Source of the DNA: Candidatus Hermodarchaeota archaeon
Lineage (GTDB): Archaea; Asgardarchaeota; Lokiarchaeia; Sigyniarchaeales; SOKP01
Reading direction: 5' to 3'
Length of the DNA: 15,199 bases
NCBI GenBank assembly: GCA_048885925.1
Contig: JBHLLG010000064.1
Coordinates: 1 to 15,199, forward strand
The notes under the pieces are model-generated. The model made no database searches. It was given only the letters and a program-made list of their open reading frames with translations, and was not told the origin of the DNA. Made by a program: the position numbers and the translations under genes. Positions 1 to 7,263 of this stretch are shown here, piece after piece. Numbering within the stretch: the first letter of the stretch is position 1; each line of letters begins with the position of its first letter.

Positions 1-176
1 TTTTTTAATTCTTTCTGAGTCAATTTTCCATGAATGAGTAAATAACAGGCAATTGTTGCCACTTTAGGGTTAACTCTTTTGCTCTTACCAATATTTAAAA
101 TAATATCTACAAGTTTTTCTTCATAATTATGCAATTGATCATCAAAAAGATGACTTTCCACTGCTTCTTCAGACAT
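1..176 (-). CDS. GbsR/MarR-like winged-helix transcriptional regulator, N-terminal part (runs off the left edge; not in the ORF track)
   Basis: Manual translation from ATG at 176: MSEEAVESHLFDDQLHNYEEKLVDIILNIGKSKRVNPKVATIACYLLIHGKLTQKELK..., open to position 1. It aligns by eye with the 4812..5336 protein (EKEFIKLIVDIG...PKFTEILGYLMIHGHLTQAQL) and is likewise divergent from an ABC ATPase. Confidence 0.88.
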   Translation of the reverse strand, partial: MSEEAVESHLFDDQLHNYEEKLVDIILNIGKSKRVNPKVATIACYLLIHGKLTQKELK

Positions 177-305
177 AACTTAATTCATATTATATATTTT
201 GCTTTATATATTTAATTTTAAAATCATAGTGATAGATATATATAGTTTAAGATCCACTCAATTATTTTTAAAACCTATTTCTTAATTTATTATAGGTCAG
301 ATGCT

Positions 306-321
306 TATTTAAACTTTTCCC
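306..321 (-). promoter_or_regulatory. Candidate archaeal BRE+TATA promoter for the left regulator
   Basis: Minus strand reads GGGAAAAG-TTTAAATA (TATA at 306-313). It lies 11 nt from the palindrome at 325-341, the same offset as the minus-strand TATA in module 2. Confidence 0.5.
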
Positions 322-324
322 AAG

Positions 325-341
325 TTTCAAAGAATATGAAA
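325..341. promoter_or_regulatory. Putative operator TTTCA-N7-TGAAA (copy 1)
   Basis: Sequence TTTCA AAGAATA TGAAA, with perfect 5-bp inverted arms and a 7-nt spacer. Confidence 0.62.
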
Positions 342-459
342 TCTCTAAAGAGATAATTATAATTATTTTACCAACTAATTTTAATTATTAAGTTTTTAAC
401 TCATTCAAATATGTCATTATATTTTGATTTTTTCATATAACTTTTAATATTTATATAAA

Positions 460-476
460 TTTCATTTTTTATGAAA
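460..476. promoter_or_regulatory. Putative operator TTTCA-N7-TGAAA (copy 2)
   Basis: Sequence TTTCA TTTTTTA TGAAA. It ends 3 nt before TTTAAATA (480-487) and overlaps the expected BRE position. Confidence 0.68.
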
Positions 477-479
477 ACA

Positions 480-487
480 TTTAAATA
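480..487 (+). promoter_or_regulatory. Candidate TATA box for ABC operon 1
   Basis: TTTAAATA preceded by purine-rich GAAAACA, with geometry matching the TATA at 5402-5409. A second TTTAAATA at 584-591 is an alternative. Confidence 0.45.
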
Positions 488-521
488 CTCAGTTTCCTTA
501 TTTAATTCTGAATTTCTTAAT

Positions 522-538
522 CTTCAAGCTTTATGAAA
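522..538. promoter_or_regulatory. Putative operator TTCA-N7-TGAA (copy 3)
   Basis: Sequence CTTCA AGCTTTA TGAAA, starting 62 bp after the start of copy 2. Confidence 0.62.
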
Positions 539-667
539 CCTAAATAAGTTGGTTGAAAATTAAGAAATTAAAAATTAATATAATTTAAATACAAAAAAAA
601 CAGATAATATTATTAGTTATATCTAATTTAGGCATGGCTAATAGTAAAAAATTGGAGTAGAAAATAA

Positions 668-1612
668 ATGTCTAAAGAAAATTTAATTCAAACTCGGAAT
701 CTTACTAAATACTATGGGAAATCTCGTGGAATCGATAATCTAAGTCTCGAAATACACAAAGGTGAAATATTTGGATTACTCGGTCCTAATGGTGCTGGAA
801 AAACAACAACTTGTCGACTACTTCTTGATTTATTATATAAAACTTCGGGTGAAGCTGAAATTTTTGGGCTTGATATCCATCAACATTCAACTGAAATTCG
901 TCAAAGAACTGCTTATCTTCCTGGCGAATTAGGTTTGTACCCCAACAAAACAGCAAGACGAAATATTCAATATCTTTTGGGGCTTTATAGAAATAATATT
1001 CCTCATAGAAGAATTGAGGAATTAGCAGAAATATTTAGTCTTGAGCTTGATAGAAAAATAAAGGAACTTAGTAAAGGAAATAAACAAAAGGTTGGAATAA
1101 TACTCGCTTTAGCACCAAAGGTTGACCTATTGATACTTGATGAGCCAACATCTGGATTAGATCCTTTAATAACAGCTGAATTTTATAATATACTACTTAA
1201 ACAACAAAAGGAGCAAGGATCTACAGTTCTTTTAAGCTCCCATTTACTTGGAGAAGTCGAACGGGTGGCTCATCGTGTTGGTATTATAAGAGAAGGTTCT
1301 ATAGCAGAAGTTGCAACCATTCAACAATTAAAAGGTATGGCAATGAAAGAAATTAAAGTTGAGTTCAAAACTAAAACTGCCCTTCATCAGTTCTCAGAAT
1401 CAATTCCTATTAAAATTGTTGATTCCGTTATGTTAAATGAAACACACGCTTCTTTTATGGTTTCTCGCGAAGAATTATCAAAGATATTAAGCTTACTTTC
1501 TCAATCTGAAGCAGTAGATATTGATATTACAAGTCCTGCGCTTGAAGACATCTTTTTAAAATATTATGAAACACCTACAACTCAAATAAAGAGAATGGAG
1601 GTAAAAACTTAA
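668..1612 (+). CDS. ABC-2 type (CcmA/DrrA-like multidrug) exporter ATP-binding protein
   Basis: Walker A GPNGAGKTT, Q-loop region YLPGE, signature LSKGNKQK, Walker B LLILDEPTSGLDP and H-loop SSH. C-terminal SPALEDIFLKYY motif. GGAG upstream of the ATG. Confidence 0.96.
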   Translation: MSKENLIQTRNLTKYYGKSRGIDNLSLEIHKGEIFGLLGPNGAGKTTTCRLLLDLLYKTSGEAEIFGLDIHQHSTEIRQRTAYLPGELGLYPNKTARRNIQYLLGLYRNNIPHRRIEELAEIFSLELDRKIKELSKGNKQKVGIILALAPKVDLLILDEPTSGLDPLITAEFYNILLKQQKEQGSTVLLSSHLLGEVERVAHRVGIIREGSIAEVATIQQLKGMAMKEIKVEFKTKTALHQFSESIPIKIVDSVMLNETHASFMVSREELSKILSLLSQSEAVDIDITSPALEDIFLKYYETPTTQIKRMEVKT

Positions 1613-2434
1613 ATGAACCGATTTTTAATTTCAATAAAAGAAAATCTTTTAGAAAAGAAAATAGTACTTATTATTTTAGGTGGAGTAATTGGATTATTGA
1701 GTTATTTTATAGTATACATGATTGAAAATATGGATCTTGCAGCAATAGACGAGATTATAGCGATGTGGCCAGAGGAGATGCTCGAATTTTTCGGTGATGT
1801 TGAGTCATTTACCAGTCCTTATGGTTTTTGGTCTTTAGAATTACTATCTTTTATGTGGGTATATGCTGGTATTTATATTTTATATATGGCAAGCAATTTA
1901 TTATCACAGGAAGTAGAAGAGAAAACTATCGATCTTTCACTTTCAAAACCAATAACCCGATATAATTTCTTAGGTAGTAAAATAGCATTTCTTTATGTAT
2001 TCATTATGGTTGCATTAGGAGTATTTTTCCTTATCACAATGGGTGGAATGGCATCGTCTTCAGTCTTTCAAAATGAAGGATTTTATTTTGATAGATTATG
2101 GCTTACATATATAATAGTGGTACTGTATTTAGGGGCATTAGCGATGTTTGCTAAGTTTTTTTCAACAATTTTTCTTAGTGGAAGAAAATCTATGGCATTC
2201 GGAGTGGTAGTTTTATTCTTAATGTTCTTTCTCGGTGAGTTTTATGTATATATGGATGAGGCAGTGCAAGGTATAAAGTATATATCAGTTTTCTATTATT
2301 TTAATCCTTCTGACTATATTGTTCATGCAGATCTTGGTCTGTTTGTCCGTGACCTTATTGTTCTGGGTTCTTTCAATGTTGCTCTCGTTATAGCTAGTTT
2401 AATAATTTTTAACAAAAGAGATATTCCTATCTAA
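1613..2434 (+). CDS. ABC-2 family exporter permease (about 6 TM)
   Basis: Multiple hydrophobic helices, an EVEEKTIDLSLSKPITRYNFLGSK motif and a C-terminal FNKRDIPI. It abuts the ATPase stop (TAAATG) with a GGAGGT RBS upstream. Confidence 0.94.
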   Translation: MNRFLISIKENLLEKKIVLIILGGVIGLLSYFIVYMIENMDLAAIDEIIAMWPEEMLEFFGDVESFTSPYGFWSLELLSFMWVYAGIYILYMASNLLSQEVEEKTIDLSLSKPITRYNFLGSKIAFLYVFIMVALGVFFLITMGGMASSSVFQNEGFYFDRLWLTYIIVVLYLGALAMFAKFFSTIFLSGRKSMAFGVVVLFLMFFLGEFYVYMDEAVQGIKYISVFYYFNPSDYIVHADLGLFVRDLIVLGSFNVALVIASLIIFNKRDIPI

Positions 2435-2435
2435 A

Positions 2436-2444
2436 TTTTTTTTT
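2436..2444 (+). terminator. Oligo-T archaeal terminator candidate
   Basis: T9 run starting 2 nt after the permease stop. The paralogous operon has an equivalent T9 at 7264-7272. Confidence 0.55.
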
Positions 2445-2512
2445 ATTATATTTATCATTAGATTTAAAATAGTCATAAATTTTATATGCATATTTAAGAG
2501 TAAGGAGTTTTA

Positions 2513-2668
2513 TTGATTAGAAAACATTGTCCTATATGTAAACAAGAGCTCTCTTCTAATCTGGATAATTATTTAATATGTGATAATTGTAAAACCAAAT
2601 ATAATTTCAATTCTCGAATTGGTTCTATCAAATATGCTTTTTTTTATGGAAATAGGAAGATTGATTAA
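2513..2668 (+). CDS. Small zinc-ribbon protein (51 aa, CxxC-x13-CxxC), TTG start; not in the ORF track
   Basis: Translation MIRKHCPICKQELSSNLDNYLICDNCKTKYNFNSRIGSIKYAFFYGNRKID*. AAGGAG RBS at 2502-2507, with an in-frame stop at 2501-2503 bounding the 5' end. Confidence 0.72.
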   Translation: MIRKHCPICKQELSSNLDNYLICDNCKTKYNFNSRIGSIKYAFFYGNRKID

Positions 2669-2741
2669 ATGAATTTATTGTAAACATAGATAAAATTTGT
2701 TCTATTTTCAAAAATTAATAATATTAAAGTATTAAAGCTAA

Positions 2742-4046
2742 TTAAATATCAAGTATTTCCTTTATAATCATTAAGATTTCATCACTATCAAACAAATTCA
2801 ATTCTCCTGAATGTTTAAACATCTCAATTTGGTCATGATAATAAGTTTCAAATAAGTTAGTAAGATAATTTAACCTTTCTTTAAAACTGGGATCTGCGGG
2901 TTTAAAAAGGAAACATACTAATTCGATCGTTTCACCATAAGATGCTTGAACATATAACCCCTTATAACTAATCTCATTCATTTTAGATCCACCAATTTGG
3001 GTCACAAATGAATCCATTGCTGTTAAAAATCCTGATACTAATGCTTGTTCTTTAAAATTTTCACTTGTATAATTAATAATAGGAGTTCCAGATGTTTTTT
3101 CCATAATAATTAAATCTCTAAATATTTCTGAATATTTGGTTGTTCTTTCTTCCTTTAGCATCAACTTATTATGTTCTAAATCATCATATATATCAAATAG
3201 TCTAAAATCTATTGATTCAAAAGAGTTAGACTCATTAAAAGAATAATCTGATAATCTATAAACTTGAGAAGGAGCTCTCATAGGTTCTCTCGGAAGGTTT
3301 TTAATAAAATTGTTCATTAATTCAGGATCATATTCATCACTCTTTTTTCCTTTTACTAATCCATAGACTATTTTCCGTGAAGGGTCAATGACATACAGCC
3401 AACTATTCAATTTTTTCATATCAGAGATTAATTTTCTTATGCCTATTCTAAAGACACCAATCGGGGTTGTTACAAATATCTTCCAATTTGCAACATTTGA
3501 AGCGTTTTCTATTAATTTTTTGGTTTCTGTATAATTTCTTGAATCAAGATTAACTCCATTCATTGTAAATACAACCCCTGTCTTCAATTTCGACTTTTTC
3601 ATTGTTAAATACATATCCATTTTTGGTGAGATTGAATTTGAAGTAGTATTATGAACTGTCATTTCAAGATCAGCGCAATAATCTGCAAATGCTTCAATTA
3701 AATCTTGTTTTGCTATAAAATCTAAATGATATAAATATTTCTTGAAAGATCTTGCATTAATTATTGCATTTCCGCAATATTCTAATGGATCATCAAATTT
3801 TTTTTGCCAATCAGTTGTATAATACAGATGAGTTAGATGTACTAGAATATATTTAATATATTCGAGTCTTGAAATAAAGGATTTATCTGGAATCTGAATA
3901 TCATATGCTTTAATAAAATCTAATAATTCTTTTATTTTACAAGTAATCAAAATGTAATTAATTGAAAATAAACCGTATTTCCTTTCACTCTTTTCTTTAA
4001 GGTAAGAAATTACATTATCTACTGTAATATTCTTTTCAAAACTCAT
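2742..4046 (-). CDS. Uncharacterised 434-aa protein with C-terminal longin-like domain and putative central restriction-endonuclease-like fold
   Basis: The C-terminal ~125 aa (LIIMEKTSGTPIINY...ALVSGFLTAMDSFVTQIG...NEISYKGLYV...ELVCFL...KERLNYLTNLFETYY) follow the longin beta-beta-alpha-beta-beta-beta-alpha-alpha pattern typical of Asgard longin proteins. The central fold call is inference only. Confidence 0.8.
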   Translation of the reverse strand: MSFEKNITVDNVISYLKEKSERKYGLFSINYILITCKIKELLDFIKAYDIQIPDKSFISRLEYIKYILVHLTHLYYTTDWQKKFDDPLEYCGNAIINARSFKKYLYHLDFIAKQDLIEAFADYCADLEMTVHNTTSNSISPKMDMYLTMKKSKLKTGVVFTMNGVNLDSRNYTETKKLIENASNVANWKIFVTTPIGVFRIGIRKLISDMKKLNSWLYVIDPSRKIVYGLVKGKKSDEYDPELMNNFIKNLPREPMRAPSQVYRLSDYSFNESNSFESIDFRLFDIYDDLEHNKLMLKEERTTKYSEIFRDLIIMEKTSGTPIINYTSENFKEQALVSGFLTAMDSFVTQIGGSKMNEISYKGLYVQASYGETIELVCFLFKPADPSFKERLNYLTNLFETYYHDQIEMFKHSGELNLFDSDEILMIIKEILDI

Positions 4047-4054
4047 TTTTCCAA

Positions 4055-4072
4055 TTAACCCTTAACCCTTAA
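4055..4072. repeat. Short tandem repeat (TTAACCC) x2.6
   Basis: TTAACCC TTAACCC TTAA, located 8 nt upstream of the start of the minus-strand 2742..4046 gene. Confidence 0.6.
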
Positions 4073-4315
4073 TAACATAGAATAATTGTATTTATTTTGC
4101 GTCTATGCATTTATAAATAGATATAATATATATAAAATTCATATTTAAGTATTTGTCGCAAATTTCTCACGAACTTAAGTTTTGATCAACTAGTTTTAAA
4201 AATTTTATAAAAAATTGTGAGAATAATTTAACTAAAAATTCTTTATATCAGATAATTCAATTTAAATAAATAATCATTTTAATATGTTGAAACAGTGATT
4301 TAGAAGAAAAATTTA

Positions 4316-4810
4316 CTACAATTTAAAATCTTTCATAATAATTGCATTAATTTTTATAGCTTTTAAAAATAGATCAAGTAGTTTTCTAATTTTTTCATAA
4401 CCCTTTAGTTTTTTAATACCCTCTCCACCCTTTTCTAATTTTATTCTCATTTCTTTTAAATGTTCTTCCCACTTTAGAATATCTCCCATAATAATATTAA
4501 AATACCTTAGAAATGCATCCTCAATTGACTCCATTGTATAGGTATATTCACCAGTACTTGAAACATTTGTTTTTTCAATCAATTCCCATTTCTGTAAAAC
4601 TTTTAATACCTGAGATATCTTACCCGAAGATAAATTAGTTAATTTTTGTATTTCTCTTTGTGTTAGACTCTTACGAGTAATAAAATACGCTCTTATAATA
4701 TTTATAAAAGGATCTTTCGTAAAAAAAATTGGAGATGATGACATAAATTGAATTAACTCATTCTCAATTCTATTAATATTTGGACCAAAACTTTCCATTC
4801 TTCCCACCAC
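4316..4810 (-). CDS. GbsR/MarR-like winged-helix transcriptional regulator (second of tandem pair); true start may be ATG at 4798
   Basis: HTH LTQREIQKLTNLSSGKISQVLKVLQKWELIEK followed by wing GEYTY and a C-terminal amphipathic dimerisation helix. The GTG start at 4810 is 1 nt after the upstream stop, while GGTGG precedes the ATG at 4798. Confidence 0.9.
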   Translation of the reverse strand: MVGRMESFGPNINRIENELIQFMSSSPIFFTKDPFINIIRAYFITRKSLTQREIQKLTNLSSGKISQVLKVLQKWELIEKTNVSSTGEYTYTMESIEDAFLRYFNIIMGDILKWEEHLKEMRIKLEKGGEGIKKLKGYEKIRKLLDLFLKAIKINAIIMKDFKL

Positions 4811-4811
4811 C

Positions 4812-5336
4812 CTAATTTTTAGAATTCTTCTCCAAATTTTTCAAAATCGTGAATTTCCTCTCAATTGCTCTTTTATGCCATTGAAAAAAGGTCAAAATTG
4901 ATGTTATTCTCTCTTTTAACAAATTAAATCCTTTTTCCTTATCATAGTTAAATAATTCATTGCTTTTTTTTTCAAAAAATGCAATTACTGAACTAACAAC
5001 CTCTGTTTTCATAAAACTTGCTTGCATTTCTAAATTTCCTTTATCACCTAAAAAAATATACTGATATGTTCTAGTTTTAGGAATTAATTTCTTGCGAATA
5101 AGACCTAAATAGAGCATTTGATTAAGATTGGATGAAATAGTTCCTATTGAGAATTCAGTTAATTCACTTAATTGTGCTTGAGTTAAATGACCATGAATCA
5201 TCAAATATCCTAAAATTTCTGTAAATTTTGGAGATAATGGACCTATATTCCCGATATCTACAATTAATTTAATAAATTCTTTTTCTAATTCACGAATTAT
5301 TCCTTCAAACTTGAAATCTCCTTCTTCTTCAGTCAT
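4812..5336 (-). CDS. GbsR/MarR-like winged-helix transcriptional regulator (first of tandem pair)
   Basis: ILGYLMIHGHLTQAQLSELTEFSIGTISSNLNQMLYLGLIRKKLIPKTRTYQY fits the GbsR-type wHTH pattern. Divergent from an ABC exporter. Confidence 0.92.
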   Translation of the reverse strand: MTEEEGDFKFEGIIRELEKEFIKLIVDIGNIGPLSPKFTEILGYLMIHGHLTQAQLSELTEFSIGTISSNLNQMLYLGLIRKKLIPKTRTYQYIFLGDKGNLEMQASFMKTEVVSSVIAFFEKKSNELFNYDKEKGFNLLKERITSILTFFQWHKRAIERKFTILKNLEKNSKN

Positions 5337-5361
5337 TCTTATATATTAATTAGATTAGTAT

Positions 5362-5376
5362 TTTTTAAATTTTTCG
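5362..5376 (-). promoter_or_regulatory. BRE+TATA promoter for the regulator pair (near-leaderless transcript)
   Basis: Minus strand CGAAAAA-TTTAAAAA, with the TATA 26-33 nt upstream of ATG 5336. Confidence 0.6.
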
Positions 5377-5380
5377 TAGA

Positions 5381-5397
5381 TTTCAAAAGTTGTGAAG
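5381..5397. promoter_or_regulatory. Putative operator TTCA-N7-TGAA (copy 4), between the two divergent TATA boxes
   Basis: Sequence TTTCA AAAGTTG TGAAG. It lies 11 nt from the minus-strand TATA and 4 nt from the plus-strand TATA. Confidence 0.68.
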
Positions 5398-5401
5398 AAT
5401 A

Positions 5402-5409
5402 TTTATATA
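5402..5409 (+). promoter_or_regulatory. TATA box for ABC operon 2
   Basis: TTTATATA preceded by purine-rich GAAGAATA. Confidence 0.55.
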
Positions 5410-5444
5410 GGTTGAGTTATTATAAAATATTATGACTTTATACA

Positions 5445-5461
5445 TTTTAAAATATATGAAA
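5445..5461. promoter_or_regulatory. Putative operator, one mismatch (copy 5)
   Basis: Sequence TTTTA AAATATA TGAAA, starting 64 bp after the start of copy 4 and mirroring the 62-bp spacing in module 1. Confidence 0.52.
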
Positions 5462-5478
5462 AATGGTATCAATTAAAA

Positions 5479-6435
5479 ATGAATGCAATAGAAGTTAGAA
5501 ATTTAAAAAAGTATTATGACAAAGGTGAAGTAAAAGCTGTAGATGATATTTCGTTTGAGGTACCCCAGGGATCTCGATTTGGGTATTTAGGACCAAATGG
5601 GGCAGGAAAGACTACCACAATTCGCTGTATACTTGGTTTTCTCAACGTAGATGCGGGAGATATTACCATATTGGGGGAAAAGATTAATCCGAAAATAGAT
5701 GTAAATATTCGGAATCGTATTGGGTATTTACCAGGAGAATTGGGGATATATAAAAATATGACAGCAAATCAATTGATCAACTATTTTGCTAAACTTTATG
5801 ATATTGAAATTGATTGGGAATTTGTAAGTGAAATTGCAGAGCGTCTTAAGTTAGATATGGAACGAAAAATGGGTGTTTTAAGCAAGGGTAATAAGCAAAA
5901 AGTTGGTGTTTTATCTGCTTTAATGGGAAAATTTGATATTCTCATCTTAGATGAACCTACATCTGGGCTAGATCCATTAAATCAGAGTGAATTCTATCGA
6001 ATTGTTTCTGAACGCCAAAAAGAATCAAAATGCACCGTTTTTCTTTGTAGCCATGTATTATCAGAAGTTGAAAAATTCTGTGACCGGGTAGCAATCATAA
6101 GAAAAGGAAAAATAGCTGAAATTGCTAATGTTCAAGATCTCAAAGCCAAAAATCTTAAACATATTGAGTTAATTTTTGAATCTGCTACCAGTATGGAATC
6201 ATTTCATTCTTTTTTATCAAACGAATTTCCTGAAGCTATTATGAAATATAATTTCGATGTTCAACTTGAATTTTTACTGCCTCCTGAAGAAGCAAGAAGA
6301 ATTTTAGGGGAGATTAGTGAAAGAAAATGGGCTGGAACTCCAGTAAAAGACTTCTCAATTAGACATTCTACCTTAGAGAATATATTTATGCAATATTATA
6401 AAAATTCTGATTCACAGAGAGGTGAAATTGCATGA
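5479..6435 (+). CDS. ABC-2 type exporter ATP-binding protein (paralog of 668..1612)
   Basis: Walker A GPNGAGKTT, YLPGE, LSKGNKQK, ILILDEPTSGLDP, H-loop CSH and C-terminal STLENIFMQYY. Confidence 0.96.
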   Translation: MNAIEVRNLKKYYDKGEVKAVDDISFEVPQGSRFGYLGPNGAGKTTTIRCILGFLNVDAGDITILGEKINPKIDVNIRNRIGYLPGELGIYKNMTANQLINYFAKLYDIEIDWEFVSEIAERLKLDMERKMGVLSKGNKQKVGVLSALMGKFDILILDEPTSGLDPLNQSEFYRIVSERQKESKCTVFLCSHVLSEVEKFCDRVAIIRKGKIAEIANVQDLKAKNLKHIELIFESATSMESFHSFLSNEFPEAIMKYNFDVQLEFLLPPEEARRILGEISERKWAGTPVKDFSIRHSTLENIFMQYYKNSDSQRGEIA

Positions 6436-7247
6436 AAGTATTACAAATAATATGGAAGGAATTAAAAGCAGGGAAGAAAGGCATAATCCTTTATACAGCT
6501 TTATTAGGACTCTTTTATATGTGGTTTGTATCCATCTTTGACCCTGTTTTTTTTGAGGACTTTGAAGCTTTATTAGAGTCTTATCCAGAAGCAATAAGAC
6601 AGATGATAGGTGAATTTTACAGTCTAAGCACAATTGGAGGATTAATGAATATCTATTTGTTTTCGATGTCTTTATTCTTTTTTGGAGTTTATTTTGTACT
6701 AAAGGCTTCTCAAGACATTCCTCGAGAAATTGATAGTAAAACAATCGATACAATGCTATCTAAACCTATTAAACGATGGGAATTTTCACTTGGAAAGTAT
6801 TTATATCATGTAATTGGTGCCGTTATCGTTTTAGGAGGAGTAATGTTGGCTGTAATTCTAGGTATTATCATCATGCCAAATGTTTCTCCCAGCGAAGTTC
6901 CCTGGGCGGAATTCTTAATAGCTTTCTTTGCAATGATTTTATTGAATTTATGCATTGTTTCCACGGGATTCTTCTTCTCAACATTCATGGAAACTAAGAA
7001 ATCTCTTGTCTTTAGTTTTGGTGTGATAATTTTTCTCTATGCGATTGGTCAATTCTGGCAGAGTTTTGGTGAGATTATAGAAAACATTAAATATATCAGC
7101 ATTTTTTACTATTCTGATATGTCGAATCTGCTTGTGAATAGTAACTGGGAAATGGTCCCATTAAAAATTACATTCCTCTCAACTTACTCTATTATATTAA
7201 CCGCCTTATCTGTAGTTGTTTTTAATAAACGGGATATTCCTGTTTAA
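6432..7247 (+). CDS. ABC-2 family exporter permease (paralog of 1613..2434)
   Basis: EIDSKTIDTMLSKPIKRWEFSLGK motif, about 6 TM helices and C-terminal FNKRDIPV. ATGA overlap with the ATPase, and GGTGA RBS 6 nt upstream. Confidence 0.94.
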   Translation: MKVLQIIWKELKAGKKGIILYTALLGLFYMWFVSIFDPVFFEDFEALLESYPEAIRQMIGEFYSLSTIGGLMNIYLFSMSLFFFGVYFVLKASQDIPREIDSKTIDTMLSKPIKRWEFSLGKYLYHVIGAVIVLGGVMLAVILGIIIMPNVSPSEVPWAEFLIAFFAMILLNLCIVSTGFFFSTFMETKKSLVFSFGVIIFLYAIGQFWQSFGEIIENIKYISIFYYSDMSNLLVNSNWEMVPLKITFLSTYSIILTALSVVVFNKRDIPV

Positions 7248-7263
7248 AATTAAAATTATTTCC

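Noticed and set aside
431-447. Possible sixth operator copy (TTTCA-TATAACT-TTTAA)
   Set aside because: The right arm has two mismatches including the conserved G, which is expected by chance in AT-rich DNA.
6412-6753. 113-aa minus-strand ORF from the track
   Set aside because: Antisense shadow of the well-supported ABC ATPase end and permease, with no recognisable motif.
6776-6997. 73-aa plus-strand alternative-frame ORF (Cys-rich) and 60-aa minus-strand ORF 6806..6988
   Set aside because: Both lie wholly within the permease. The Cys content follows from off-frame reading of hydrophobic codons.
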